Of a stretch of 64,000 nucleotides of DNA, positions 9,998-18,050 are shown piece after piece. Under the pieces are notes generated by a model. It saw only the letters and a program-made list of their open reading frames with translations. It was not told the origin of the DNA and made no database searches. This stretch comes from a virus. The stretch lies in IMG/VR virus record IMGVR_UViG_3300025137_000018, positions 62,380 through 126,379 of that record; one strand, given 5' to 3'. A program made the position numbers and the translations under genes. Position 1 is the stretch's first letter. Each line of letters begins with the position of its first letter.

Positions 9998-10661
9998 ACA
10001 TGAACCAATTGATCTTGGCTATACAGACCTTAACGCACAATCTACTGGCTCTGGGCGAGAGTACACCGATCCTGATAATAATAGGTATCCTAGTGTTACA
10101 ACAGTACTTTCAATATTAAGTGAAGATCATATTCGTGCTTGGAGAGCACGTGTAGGAGAAGAAGAAGCCAATAGGATATCACGAAGAGCTTCTACAAGAG
10201 GCACTAAAGTACATGCAGTATTAGAAAAGTATGTAGATAACGATAAGGATTATTTAGATGGTGCAAATCCAATTGTCACTTCTAATTTTCTTGAAGTTAA
10301 AAAGATTTTAGATGAAAGATTAAGTTTAGTTTATGCTCAAGAAGCAGCATTATATTCTAAACACTTAGGGTTAGCTGGAAGAGTTGATTGTGTAGGTGTA
10401 TGGGATGGAAAAAACTCAATTATAGATTATAAAACAGCAGCCAAACATAAACGAAAAGAATGGTGTGAAAACTATTTTATTCAAGAAACCGCATATGCTA
10501 TTATGTGGGAAGAAAGAACAGGAATGCCAATTACACAATTGGTAACTGTAATCGCAGGAGACGAAGGCGCACAAGTCTTTGTTGAAAATCGCGATAATTG
10601 GAGCAATAAGTTATTAGAGACAATTGCTGAATACAAAAAACGTAAGATTTTCGGGAGATAA
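9978..10661 (+). CDS. PD-(D/E)XK exonuclease
   Basis: YPSVTTVL, RGTKVH..LE, AGRVDC, IIDYKT, Q..AYA. Confidence 0.88.
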   Translation: MKMGNFKHEPIDLGYTDLNAQSTGSGREYTDPDNNRYPSVTTVLSILSEDHIRAWRARVGEEEANRISRRASTRGTKVHAVLEKYVDNDKDYLDGANPIVTSNFLEVKKILDERLSLVYAQEAALYSKHLGLAGRVDCVGVWDGKNSIIDYKTAAKHKRKEWCENYFIQETAYAIMWEERTGMPITQLVTVIAGDEGAQVFVENRDNWSNKLLETIAEYKKRKIFGR

Positions 10662-10662
10662 G

Positions 10663-10872
10663 ATGAAAAACTTTAGAGATCAGATGGTAAAAACGTCTAT
10701 GGATTATATGCAAGCTCAGGCTGCAAAACACAAAATGAATGCAGATATTATTCTAAGCAATCACGTATCTGTTGGTGAACATTCAGACCAAATGGAAACA
10801 CTTGAAAAAGAGCTTGGTATGATGGTTGATTACATTGACAAATACGAAATTTTAGAAAAATATTTTAAATAA
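10663..10872 (+). CDS. hypothetical protein
   Basis: 69 aa with VGEHSD motif; GGAG RBS. Confidence 0.65.
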   Translation: MKNFRDQMVKTSMDYMQAQAAKHKMNADIILSNHVSVGEHSDQMETLEKELGMMVDYIDKYEILEKYFK

Positions 10873-11318
10873 TGTTAAAGTGGTTACAAAATCATGAATC
10901 AAAGGGCCACGTAGGTATTACATGTGGCGCCTTTGATCTACTTCATGCTGGGCATATTACAATGCTAGCAGAAGCTAAAAATGAATGTGATTATTTAGTA
11001 GTAGCACTTCAGTGTGATCCTACACTTGATAGACCAGAAAAAAACAAACCTGTTCAATCAATAGTTGAACGTCAATTACAAGTTGCTGCAGTTAGGTATG
11101 TCGACGATGTAATTATCTATAATACAGAAGAAGAGTTAAAGGATATATTTCTATCACTTCCAATAGATGTAAGAATTATTGGATCTGATTACTTAAATAA
11201 AGACTTTACTGGTAAAAACATATGCGAAGAAAGAAATATTCGTATAGTTTATAACACTAGAGATCACTCTTTTTCTTCTACTTCCTTACGAGAAAGAATC
11301 AAAAAACAAGAGAAATAA
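10872..11318 (+). CDS. cytidylyltransferase (TagD/RfaE-like)
   Basis: GAFDLLHAGH (HxGH) motif; RDHSFSSTSLR. Confidence 0.9.
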   Translation: MLKWLQNHESKGHVGITCGAFDLLHAGHITMLAEAKNECDYLVVALQCDPTLDRPEKNKPVQSIVERQLQVAAVRYVDDVIIYNTEEELKDIFLSLPIDVRIIGSDYLNKDFTGKNICEERNIRIVYNTRDHSFSSTSLRERIKKQEK

Positions 11319-11330
11319 TGCAGAAAACCC

Positions 11331-11359
11331 TGTACAAATGTGTATAATAATGGTATAAT
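11331..11359 (+). promoter_or_regulatory. phage early/middle promoter
   Basis: GCAGAAAACCC-TGTACA-N17-TATAAT. Confidence 0.8.
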
Positions 11360-11388
11360 ATACATATTAAACAAACAAATAAAGAAAG

Positions 11389-11985
11389 ATGAACGATAAA
11401 AAGATGAAAGAAAATATAATTTTAGTAGATTGCGATGGAGTATTATGTGATTGGGAATACTCATTTACGCAGTGGATGAACCATAAAGGTTATCCAACAA
11501 GTGATTACACTCAATATAATGTTGCTAAAAGGTTTAATTTAACTCAAGAGTTTAGTAAAAAGAGTGTTCAACAATTTAACGAATCAGCTGCAATTGCTTT
11601 TTTACCACCTTTAAGAGATGCTGTCTATTACATGAAAAGACTTAATATGTTACATGGTTATAGATTCCATTGTATTACATCCTTAAGTGATAATAAATAC
11701 GCTCAGAGATTAAGAACTCAAAACCTAGAATTACTTTTTGGTAAAGAATTATTTGACGATTATATCTATCTACCTTGCGGTGCTGATAAAGATAAAGAAC
11801 TTAAAAGGTACGAAGGTACAGAATGCTTTTGGGTAGAAGACAAAGTAGAGAACGCAGAAGTTGGAAAGGCCTTCGGTCTTAATTCAATTCTTGTGGCTCA
11901 TGAACATAACGCTTATTATGAAGGAAATATTCCAAGGTATTGGAAGTGGAAAGACATATATAAGCATATAACTGGAGAAGTATAA
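11389..11985 (+). CDS. HAD-family nucleotidase (T4 gp30.2-like)
   Basis: LVDCDGVL (DxD), ITS, K, WVEDK HAD motifs. Confidence 0.82.
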   Translation: MNDKKMKENIILVDCDGVLCDWEYSFTQWMNHKGYPTSDYTQYNVAKRFNLTQEFSKKSVQQFNESAAIAFLPPLRDAVYYMKRLNMLHGYRFHCITSLSDNKYAQRLRTQNLELLFGKELFDDYIYLPCGADKDKELKRYEGTECFWVEDKVENAEVGKAFGLNSILVAHEHNAYYEGNIPRYWKWKDIYKHITGEV

Positions 11986-12167
11986 TGCCAATGAAATTTA
12001 AACCAAGTCAATCCTTAAGAAGTAAAGCTTCAGGAAAAACTACAATACAACATTTTTATATGAAGTCAACACCTTTAAAGGATTTGACTGAAGCGTTGGA
12101 AAACCGCAATACCACAAGTAAGAGAAAACAAAAAATACGTAACGAATTAGTAAGAAGAGGGACGTGA
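11985..12167 (+). CDS. small basic hypothetical protein
   Basis: 60 aa with KQKIRNELVRRG; coupled to the upstream gene. Confidence 0.65.
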   Translation: MPMKFKPSQSLRSKASGKTTIQHFYMKSTPLKDLTEALENRNTTSKRKQKIRNELVRRGT

Positions 12168-12343
12168 AGAAGTGGTGGAGAATCTGGGCTAAAAGCCTAG
12201 GAGAAAAAGTTGGTGAAACTGACACTCAAGCTAATACTGTAGCAAGCATTAGAACTATTTGGTGGATAACTCACATGGCAACATGCTGGTTTATCATACT
12301 AAACGCTATAGCAAACCACGGTTGGGGACTTATAGGATTCTGA
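12164..12343 (+). CDS. small membrane protein (not in ORF track)
   Basis: GTG start overlapping the previous stop; MKKWWRIWAKSLGEK...WFIILNAIANHGWGLIGF, 59 aa. Confidence 0.65.
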   Translation: MKKWWRIWAKSLGEKVGETDTQANTVASIRTIWWITHMATCWFIILNAIANHGWGLIGF

Positions 12344-12346
12344 GTA

Positions 12347-12457
12347 TTATAACCTGGTGTTTTCTATAGTGGTATTACAGCAATGGTGTTTTATAACTCT
12401 GTGTAATCTACCTGACTTCATCATCTTATGAAATTTTTTAAAATATCTTCTTAACAT
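12347..12457 (-). CDS. 36-aa basic peptide with its own late promoter (not in ORF track)
   Basis: MLRRYFKKFHKMMKSGRLHRVIKHHCCNTTIENTRL; TATAAATA on the minus strand 7 nt upstream; fills an otherwise empty gap. Confidence 0.55.
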   Translation of the reverse strand: MLRRYFKKFHKMMKSGRLHRVIKHHCCNTTIENTRL

Positions 12458-12464
12458 ACACTAC

Positions 12465-12472
12465 TATTTATA
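12465..12472 (-). promoter_or_regulatory. T4-type late promoter
   Basis: TATAAATA on the minus strand. Confidence 0.6.
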
Positions 12473-12478
12473 AGACTT

Positions 12479-12700
12479 ATGGCAACAAAAAACGAAATAA
12501 CAGGCGACTCTATTAAAAGTAAGGGTCCAAGTAAAAAATACTCTGATAACTGGGATGCAGTCTTTGGTAAAAAGAAAAATGAGCTTAGCGAATCAGAAAT
12601 AATGCAGGCCGAGTTAGAACCTATTCCTACAGAAAAAGAAGGAAGTTTCTATGGTTATAAACCAAAGCATGATAACTTTTATCCAGAGTTAGACGACTAA
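12479..12700 (+). CDS. hypothetical protein
   Basis: MATKNEITGDSIKSK...YSDNWDAVFGKK. Confidence 0.65.
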   Translation: MATKNEITGDSIKSKGPSKKYSDNWDAVFGKKKNELSESEIMQAELEPIPTEKEGSFYGYKPKHDNFYPELDD

Positions 12701-12879
12701 TGAAAGAACTATGGAACGATTACATGGGTAATCTAAAAAGATGGCAGGATAACTCAGACGGTTGGGTATCTACCATGAATGTATCTAAAGAGAATAAAGA
12801 AGAATACCAGAGGTATTTAAGTAAAACATCAAATCCAGTTCCTTATAGAGACTGGCTGAAAGAGGTGCAGCGCTCTTAG
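12700..12879 (+). CDS. small hypothetical protein overlapping the tRNA 5' end (not in ORF track)
   Basis: 59 aa MKELWNDYMG...WQDNSDGWV...PYRDWLKEVQRS; TAATG coupling with the previous gene. Confidence 0.55.
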   Translation: MKELWNDYMGNLKRWQDNSDGWVSTMNVSKENKEEYQRYLSKTSNPVPYRDWLKEVQRS

Positions 12880-12946
12880 CTCAGCTGGATAGAGCAACAG
12901 CCTTCTAAGCTGTGGGTCCCAGGTTCGAATCCTGGAGAGCGTGCCA
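12870..12946 (+). tRNA. tRNA-Arg (anticodon UCU)
   Basis: GCGCTCT/AGAGCGT acceptor stem, TAGCTCAGCTGGATAGAGC D-arm, ACAGC-CTTCTAA-GCTGT anticodon arm, GGTTCGAATCC T-loop, encoded CCA. Confidence 0.97.
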
Positions 12947-12950
12947 AAAA

Positions 12951-13010
12951 AATATATACTTGAATATATACTTGAATGTATATTAGAATGTATATTAGAA
13001 TATATAATTA
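12951..13010. repeat. degenerate 12-bp tandem repeat, 5 units
   Basis: AATATATACTTG x2, AATGTATATTAG x2, AATATATAATTA. Confidence 0.85.
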
Positions 13011-13032
13011 TTAACTAAAAAAGGAAAGTGAA

Positions 13033-13290
13033 ATGAGTAGTATTATTATACCATCGTCGGATGCAGACAAAAAACGTATCAGAGAAGCAATGCAAGAAAT
13101 TAGTAACTCTTACATTAGAATGGAAAGCGAAAGAGCTTTTGTAAAAGAAGCTATTGAAGCATTAGAAGACGATGTGGAAGTACCAAAGAAGATTCTTCGC
13201 AAAATGTCAAAGGCCTTTCATAAGCAAAATATATCTGAAATTGTTACAGAAGTTGAGGATATTGAGGCATTAATGGAAGCTACTAAGTAA
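13033..13290 (+). CDS. dsbA: dsDNA-binding protein, T4 DsbA-like
   Basis: 85-aa helical protein; E.S....R.E.ER..VKE....LE....VPKK...KM...FHKQ pattern. Confidence 0.7.
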   Translation: MSSIIIPSSDADKKRIREAMQEISNSYIRMESERAFVKEAIEALEDDVEVPKKILRKMSKAFHKQNISEIVTEVEDIEALMEATK

Positions 13291-13297
13291 AAAATCT

Positions 13298-13305
13298 TAT
13301 AAATA
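13298..13305 (+). promoter_or_regulatory. T4-type late promoter
   Basis: TATAAATA directly upstream of the RimK-like gene. Confidence 0.75.
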
Positions 13306-13310
13306 GTAGT

Positions 13311-14735
13311 ATGATTAATTTTAATGGCTACATCACAGAAGAAATAGAAAAACGCGGAGTCACAGAAGTTGTGGTATTAGCACTAGATGCTGATGAAGGA
13401 ACTGCTGCTGATATAATCTCTAATGTTTGTGAGTTTAACGATGTTAAATGTACAATTATACATACCAACAAAGCATTCCTAGCGGATAGCGATGTAGAAC
13501 TAAGAAAAGTTGAAATACATAATATTGATGGTGAAGGTAAACTTATATCTTTAGACATTGATAATACAATAGTTTTTGTTAGAGCAGGTGCTGTAGGAAC
13601 TTTAGTAGGGCAAGCATTAGTATCATCTTTACAGACAGCTGGATTCTTTTTAATAAATGATTTAGAATCCATGATGTTATGTAATAATAAAATGGCAACA
13701 AGTATTGCATTACAAAGAAATAATGTGCAGATACCTAAAACAGTTATTTTAAATAATGAAGAATCTATTGATTTAGCTGTAAAAAGCGTTGGTGGTAAAT
13801 ATCCATTAATCGTAAAAACACTTACAGGAACACAAGGTATTGGTGTATCTAAGATCGAATCGTATGATTCATTAATCTCAGTGTGCCAAACATTATGGAA
13901 GTTTGAAGCACAGCTGTTATTGCAAGAATATTTAGACATGAAATCTGATATTAGAACACTTGTAATAAATGGCCATATTATGGCATCAGCTGAAAGAAGA
14001 CAAACTAAAAAATCTAAGGACTTTAGAAAAAATGTTCATAGAGGTGCAGAAGCAATTCCATATAAACTATCTGAAGAAGAGGTAGAAGTAATACTAAATG
14101 CTGCTCGAGCAACTGGTGCATATTATTGCGGAGTTGATCATACAGTAGTTAATGGTAAAATATATGTTGTTGAAGTAAACGGTTCGCCTGGTGCTAAATC
14201 ACACTTTATGGGTTATGATTTAGAAACTAATAAACCTACTAAACCTTTAACTGCTGAGAAAGCAATTGATTTAATGATTAAACATATATTAGAACCCTAC
14301 AATAGAAAAACATGGTTTAGACAAGAAGCTGGTTATATAGAAACTGTATATATCGAAGGTTATAAACTACCTGTTAGAGCTAAATTTGATACAGGTAATG
14401 GTACAGATGCTTCCATGTTACATGTAGATAAAATAGAAATAAAAAATGATAAAGTGTATTGGGAAAAGAATGGTCAAAAATTCGTTAACAAATACCTTGG
14501 AAAATCAGTAGCGGTTAGAGGTCCTACCACCAGAATCGAAAGAGCTAAGGTAGAACTTACGATTAAATTTAATGGTAGATCATATAATGCATTTGTTGGT
14601 TTAACTGAAGAAGATTCAGCAAGTGAAATGTTAGTTAATAGAGAATTAATGACACTTATGAGAATAGCAATTAATCCAAGCTTAAGGTTTGGTATTAGTG
14701 ATTGGACAAGAAAGAACGATGAAACTGATGTTTAA
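13311..14735 (+). CDS. RimK-family ATP-grasp ligase fused to a C-terminal RimB-like (retropepsin-fold) protease domain
   Basis: NK, YPLIVKTLTGTQGIGV, LLQEY, DIR, DFRKNVHRGA, GVD, EVNGSPG (RimK); then RAKFDTGNG...SMLH and MLVNR (RimB-like). Confidence 0.88.
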   Translation: MINFNGYITEEIEKRGVTEVVVLALDADEGTAADIISNVCEFNDVKCTIIHTNKAFLADSDVELRKVEIHNIDGEGKLISLDIDNTIVFVRAGAVGTLVGQALVSSLQTAGFFLINDLESMMLCNNKMATSIALQRNNVQIPKTVILNNEESIDLAVKSVGGKYPLIVKTLTGTQGIGVSKIESYDSLISVCQTLWKFEAQLLLQEYLDMKSDIRTLVINGHIMASAERRQTKKSKDFRKNVHRGAEAIPYKLSEEEVEVILNAARATGAYYCGVDHTVVNGKIYVVEVNGSPGAKSHFMGYDLETNKPTKPLTAEKAIDLMIKHILEPYNRKTWFRQEAGYIETVYIEGYKLPVRAKFDTGNGTDASMLHVDKIEIKNDKVYWEKNGQKFVNKYLGKSVAVRGPTTRIERAKVELTIKFNGRSYNAFVGLTEEDSASEMLVNRELMTLMRIAINPSLRFGISDWTRKNDETDV

Positions 14736-14859
14736 TAATAGAAATATAAAAGTTAGGAAGATAGTTCCAGTGCATGCTTTAACCAAAATCCAGGAAGATA
14801 AAACTAAAAAAATTCCTAGGAAAGAGAAGCATAAGCATATAAATAGTTACGAGGTATAA
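14719..14859 (+). CDS. 46-aa very basic peptide (not in ORF track)
   Basis: MKLMFNNRNIKVRKIVPVHALTKIQEDKTKKIPRKEKHKHINSYEV; fills the gap between flanking genes. Confidence 0.45.
   Translation: MKLMFNNRNIKVRKIVPVHALTKIQEDKTKKIPRKEKHKHINSYEV
14838..14845 (+). promoter_or_regulatory. T4-type late promoter
   Basis: TATAAATA upstream of the 14862 ORF. Confidence 0.7.
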
Positions 14860-14861
14860 AA

Positions 14862-15128
14862 ATGGCAGATATAAATTTAGATTTTGATTTTGGTTTTACA
14901 GCCGTAGATGAAAATGAATTAGAAGCAGTACAGAAAGTTACGACACAAGCTTCTGATACATCAGCTAGTTTACAAGAAGCTGAAGAAAAATTAAATAAAT
15001 TATATAATGCTATATTACCTTTGCTAACTAACTTAAAGAAAAATCCAGAAAAAGAATATATTCTATGGCCAAATAGAGTTGACAAAATAGAACAATTCGA
15101 AGATTTAATATCAGGAATTATAAAATGA
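14862..15128 (+). CDS. late hypothetical protein
   Basis: DFDFGFTAVDE...PLLTNLKKNPEKEYILWPNR; GAGG RBS. Confidence 0.75.
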   Translation: MADINLDFDFGFTAVDENELEAVQKVTTQASDTSASLQEAEEKLNKLYNAILPLLTNLKKNPEKEYILWPNRVDKIEQFEDLISGIIK

Positions 15129-16546
15129 CAATAATATCGTCTGGACAAATAGCTTTACAAGATGGAGGAACTAATCCATCAACCACAGTAGAAAATAAGT
15201 TATACGATAATACTATGACATCAGGTGTTGATGCTTTACTTGAAATAATAAGAAAGTACGAGCTTCCTGGCGGTGATAGTTTTGATGATTTCGATGAATG
15301 GCGAGGAGATCTTTATGGTTTTAATTCAAGTTTTATTACCACAAGTCTTGCAGGAAATAGTATATTTAACTTTTTAGGTCAAGCTGGAAGTGGAGTACCT
15401 GCAGGAACTTTTCGAGGGTCGTCAGTATCAAATATTGGAACAGCCACAACTGCTTTTACAGATGGCGGTGGAACTTCTCGTACTATAAAAGGTATAATGT
15501 GGGGAATACCTGACGGATCTCCATCACCAAATAACACTAGTAAATGGTTAATATTTGCTCTTTCTGGAACTGGTATTTCTAATTCAGATACTACATTTAA
15601 AAGTATAAAAATTACTAAACCTAGTGGATCACAACAAACATTTACAAGATCTAGTGCATCAGAATACAGTTCAACTACCAATGGTTCTACTGCATGGGCT
15701 TGGGAAGTTGAGAGTTCTGGTACAACTACTATCGATAATTTAGGAACTAGTGGAAGTGGATGGGACATAGAAATATTTGGTTCAGATATTACAACGACAT
15801 TAAATAATGGTATTGCGGAAGAAATGGGCGGTGATGATAGTTCTAATGTTAAAATGTCAGATTATTATAGCCCTGGAACATTTATAGGTTCTGGTTTATC
15901 AGGTGTACCATCATCTGGTCAAATTAAATTTTCTGATTTTTACGGAAAAACACACATAGGGCTTGTAACATCTGCGGTTGAGATACAACCAGCTGCCAAG
16001 TATGAACTTATTAGCGGCCCTCGTGGCTATAGTTATGAAGCTATTCTTCATGGATTTGGACAAACGTATTCTAATACTTACGATAGTACTATTGGAACCG
16101 TCAATAGTAATATATCTAGTTCTATTAAAACAGACTCAGCTCAAGGCAGTGTTATAGGTAGTCCCGATTTAACTCTTTGGGGGCCAGCTGCAGGTACAAT
16201 AGGCACATTAAGATCAATAATGCACTCCTCATCAGGACCTAATCAATCAACAGATAACGTAATAATGATAGTAGAAGGTACAGGAAGTAATAGTAATGCT
16301 GGATTTACCAATTTAACAGCAACACGAAGTGGTATGACAACATTAACACTTGCAAGAAGTTCTGCTACTTACTATTATTCTTCAACCAATACAACAAGAA
16401 TATGGTTGTGGGCCGACGTTAATTATGCTACAGGTACCCCACTTTCGTTTACTGCTACTCATGAAAGTACATTGTTTCCAGGAGGAGCAGGTAGTGGTAG
16501 TGCAAATACAACAACAACTGATCGATCAACTTGGACAATATCATAA
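15125..16546 (+). CDS. Ser/Thr/Gly-rich virion or tail-fibre-associated protein
   Basis: SSGQIAL N-terminus; internal EMGG...MSDYY...VPSSGQIKFSDFYG module typical of tail-fibre tip proteins. Confidence 0.65.
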   Translation: MTIISSGQIALQDGGTNPSTTVENKLYDNTMTSGVDALLEIIRKYELPGGDSFDDFDEWRGDLYGFNSSFITTSLAGNSIFNFLGQAGSGVPAGTFRGSSVSNIGTATTAFTDGGGTSRTIKGIMWGIPDGSPSPNNTSKWLIFALSGTGISNSDTTFKSIKITKPSGSQQTFTRSSASEYSSTTNGSTAWAWEVESSGTTTIDNLGTSGSGWDIEIFGSDITTTLNNGIAEEMGGDDSSNVKMSDYYSPGTFIGSGLSGVPSSGQIKFSDFYGKTHIGLVTSAVEIQPAAKYELISGPRGYSYEAILHGFGQTYSNTYDSTIGTVNSNISSSIKTDSAQGSVIGSPDLTLWGPAAGTIGTLRSIMHSSSGPNQSTDNVIMIVEGTGSNSNAGFTNLTATRSGMTTLTLARSSATYYYSSTNTTRIWLWADVNYATGTPLSFTATHESTLFPGGAGSGSANTTTTDRSTWTIS

Positions 16547-16752
16547 TGTCAAATACAGCATACATAATAGTAGAAGATTGGGATACTCCAAACAGTACAT
16601 TAAAATGGGCTCAGTTTAGCTGGTCAGATGGATCTGCACAAATCCATGCAGTATTAGATTCAGAAGATAATACACTTATTGATGAAGCAGCAACACAATA
16701 TAAAGTTAATGAATGGGTCGAAGAACATCTACCATGGAATGAAACAGTATGA
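16546..16752 (+). CDS. small acidic hypothetical protein
   Basis: 68 aa, coupled to both neighbours. Confidence 0.55.
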   Translation: MSNTAYIIVEDWDTPNSTLKWAQFSWSDGSAQIHAVLDSEDNTLIDEAATQYKVNEWVEEHLPWNETV

Positions 16753-17501
16753 AAAATTGGATAGTAAATAGAGTATTCGATTACGCAATCGATAAAGAAA
16801 GAACTGAAGCATATTTGGAATTTATTAAAGCAAATGTTTCAGGTAAAACAGTAGTTGAACTAGGAGCTGGTTCAGGAATTATGGCATGGTTATGTGTTAA
16901 ACACGGTGCAACACATGTATATGCATATGAAAATAATAAAAGAATTATTAATTGGCTTAAAGTTTTGTTTAAAGACGAGGCCAAAGTAACTATTGTAGAA
17001 GAAAATGTATCTACAGCAACATTACGAGATGCAGATATATATTTACATGAACATTTTTCATCAAATGTTATTACGGAAGATATCTTAGGTTTATATGCTA
17101 ACCTTAAAGCTCAAAATTTAGAAGATAAAACATTCCCAAACAAATTAAAAATGCAATACGGAACATATGATGTAAGTAAAAATACAGATACAACGGGCGC
17201 AGATAGATATGCTGAAATTGATGATGCAGATATGCTAGAGTTTTTTGCAGCGTGTCCAATGGATGAAATAATGCCAGGTCTTGGATGGTTGCACAAACAA
17301 GTAGATGAAAGTGAAGTAACAATTAATGGAACTTTATTTGATGGAGATATAAAAGATTTAACACAGTTTACGGCCTCAGATACAAATGATGAATTAGTAT
17401 TTTGGGAAGCTACATTTAATGGAGCACATACTTTAAGTAATTGGAAAGGTAAAACTCATTGGAATACCATACCGATTGATAAAGTTGTGAATATGGAATA
17501 A
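16749..17501 (+). CDS. SAM-dependent methyltransferase, PRMT-like
   Basis: D.ERT.AY, VVELGAGSG (motif I), VYAYE (post-I), E-x8-E loop (EHFSSNVITE), C-terminal THW. Confidence 0.75.
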   Translation: MKNWIVNRVFDYAIDKERTEAYLEFIKANVSGKTVVELGAGSGIMAWLCVKHGATHVYAYENNKRIINWLKVLFKDEAKVTIVEENVSTATLRDADIYLHEHFSSNVITEDILGLYANLKAQNLEDKTFPNKLKMQYGTYDVSKNTDTTGADRYAEIDDADMLEFFAACPMDEIMPGLGWLHKQVDESEVTINGTLFDGDIKDLTQFTASDTNDELVFWEATFNGAHTLSNWKGKTHWNTIPIDKVVNME

Positions 17502-18049
17502 TGACATTACCATCAGCTGGAAACACAATAAGTTTTGGACAACTTCAAACGGAGTTTGGGGGATCTAACCCTATATCTATGAATGAGTATGGAGATAAAA
17601 TTGGTTTAACTGTCGGCACTACCTCAACTCATGATATGGCTGATTTTTATGGCCTTAGTAATAACTTAGGAACTATTGGTATTACTCCAGGTAGTAGATT
17701 TGTTGGTAAAGCAAATAGACGTCATCATGGTTACGAGTCATCTCCTGCTAACGGTTCTATTCAGACATCAACTCCTGTTAGTATGAATGGAGCTACTATT
17801 ACTCCAACACAAATGAAATGGATAGATGTTATTGGTTGGAGATTCCAAGCTACAATTAATAGCGGAACGTGGAATACAACTGCTTGGACAAAGTTCAGAG
17901 TTATAGATGATAATGATGACGAAAGTGATGTAAATTTAGAAAGGTCTACAGTAACTTCTCAGTCAGTAGTTGGAAGTCAGCTTGTTATCGTCTGGCCAGC
18001 TGAAGATCAAAATGTCTATGGAGGCACTCTGACATGGGAGTTAACATAA
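17501..18049 (+). CDS. tail-fibre-associated protein
   Basis: MTLPSAGNTISFGQLQTEFGGSNPISMNEY...MADFYG module shared with 15125..16546. Confidence 0.65.
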   Translation: MTLPSAGNTISFGQLQTEFGGSNPISMNEYGDKIGLTVGTTSTHDMADFYGLSNNLGTIGITPGSRFVGKANRRHHGYESSPANGSIQTSTPVSMNGATITPTQMKWIDVIGWRFQATINSGTWNTTAWTKFRVIDDNDDESDVNLERSTVTSQSVVGSQLVIVWPAEDQNVYGGTLTWELT

Positions 18050-18050
18050 A

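Noticed and set aside
12870-12946. tRNA as a prophage attachment site
   Set aside because: No integrase or duplicated tRNA 3' end seen; phage genes continue on both sides
12951-13010. CRISPR-like array
   Set aside because: Units are 12 bp and contiguous with no spacers; no cas operon. The 9978 nuclease is the usual phage PD-(D/E)XK exonuclease.
13328-13939. 203-aa minus-strand ORF, and similar antisense ORFs at 23796-24335, 28922-29374, 36979-37443 and 63448-63957
   Set aside because: Each lies opposite confidently assigned genes and has no motifs or expression signals
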